Shown here piece by piece: positions 55,475-55,906 of a DNA stretch of 55,906 nt. The stretch is from a virus (lineage: Duplodnaviria > Caudoviricetes). Below the pieces are notes generated by a model. The model was not told the DNA's origin. It made no database searches and saw only the letters and a list, made by a program, of their open reading frames with translations. How positions within the stretch are numbered: position 1 is the stretch's first letter; the number at the start of each line of letters is the position of its first letter. A program made the position numbers and the translations under genes. The DNA is taken from the IMG/VR virus record IMGVR_UViG_3300042395_000266, positions 1 to 55,906 of that record; one strand, given 5' to 3'.

Positions 55475-55906
55475 GCCAGCCCTCGCCAGGGCGGTGCCTG
55501 CGGTCGTGCCAGCCCTCGCCAGGGCGGCGCCTGACGTCGTGCGGTCGTGCGGTCGTGCGGTCGTGCGGTCGTGCGGTCGTGCGGTCGTGCCAGCCCTCGC
55601 CAGGGCGGCACCTGACGTCGTGCGGTCGTGCCAGCCCTCGCCAGGGCGGTGCCTGCGGTCGTGCCAGCCCTCGCCAGGGCGGTGCCTGCGGTCGTGCGGT
55701 CGTGCGGTCGTGCGGTCGTGCGGTCGTGCGGTCGTGCGGTGCCTGCGGTCGTGCCAGCCCTCGCCAGGGCGGCACCTGACGTCGTGCGGTCGTGCCAGCC
55801 CTCGCCAGGGCGGCACCTGACGTCGTGCGGTCGTGCCAGCCCTCGCCAGGGCGGTGCCTGCGGTCGTGCGCTCGCCAGGGCGGCGCCTGACGTCGTGCGG
55901 TCGTGC
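55475..55906. repeat. Compound tandem repeat: hairpin unit interspersed with (GTCGTGCG)n
   Basis: 8 full and 1 partial GCCAGCCCTCGCCAGGGCGG, with about 25 copies of GTCGTGC. Confidence 0.95.

Noticed and set aside
55257-55820. ORFs in the terminal repeat
   Set aside because: These are stop-free translations of the tandem repeat, with no SD or coding signature.
55353-55906. CRISPR array
   Set aside because: No unique spacers; the intervening sequence is itself repeated or too short; no cas genes.
1-55906. tRNA or rRNA genes
   Set aside because: None recognised by eye in the intergenic gaps; tRNAscan-SE was not run.

Overview
This window is a near-complete, GC-rich temperate siphovirus-type (HK97-like) phage genome. 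The host is probably a Planctomycete; that is inferred from the phage csrA gene, the style of the attC sites and a planctomycete-type C-terminal motif. Gene order on the + strand: terS, terL, portal, prohead protease, capsid, neck, two tail-tube paralogs, frameshifted tail chaperone, tape measure and tail genes, with a nucleotide-metabolism insert and duplicated receptor-binding cassettes. Then comes a divergent tyrosine recombinase, followed by a replication module (SNF2 helicase, prim-pol, UvrD helicase). An accessory region carries csrA, a methyltransferase, gmd and glycosyltransferases, and is followed by a papain-like peptidase cluster and an HNH nuclease. A 6.5 kb block of minus-strand early genes ends in a complex tandem repeat. 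The most notable signal is a phage-borne integron cassette array at 38.7-41.2 kb. It has four complete attC sites and two half-sites, and each of three cassettes has an R' box exactly complementary to its own R'' box. There is no intI. The attC sites are oriented antisense to their genes, and their loops carry start codons, mostly with ribosome-binding sites. Also notable are a likely phage CsrA regulon of GGA-loop hairpins, about 20 copies of a 16-bp motif at early-gene starts, and a HiPIP-like domain on the prohead protease. All protein calls come from motif recognition and gene order, not from database searches.
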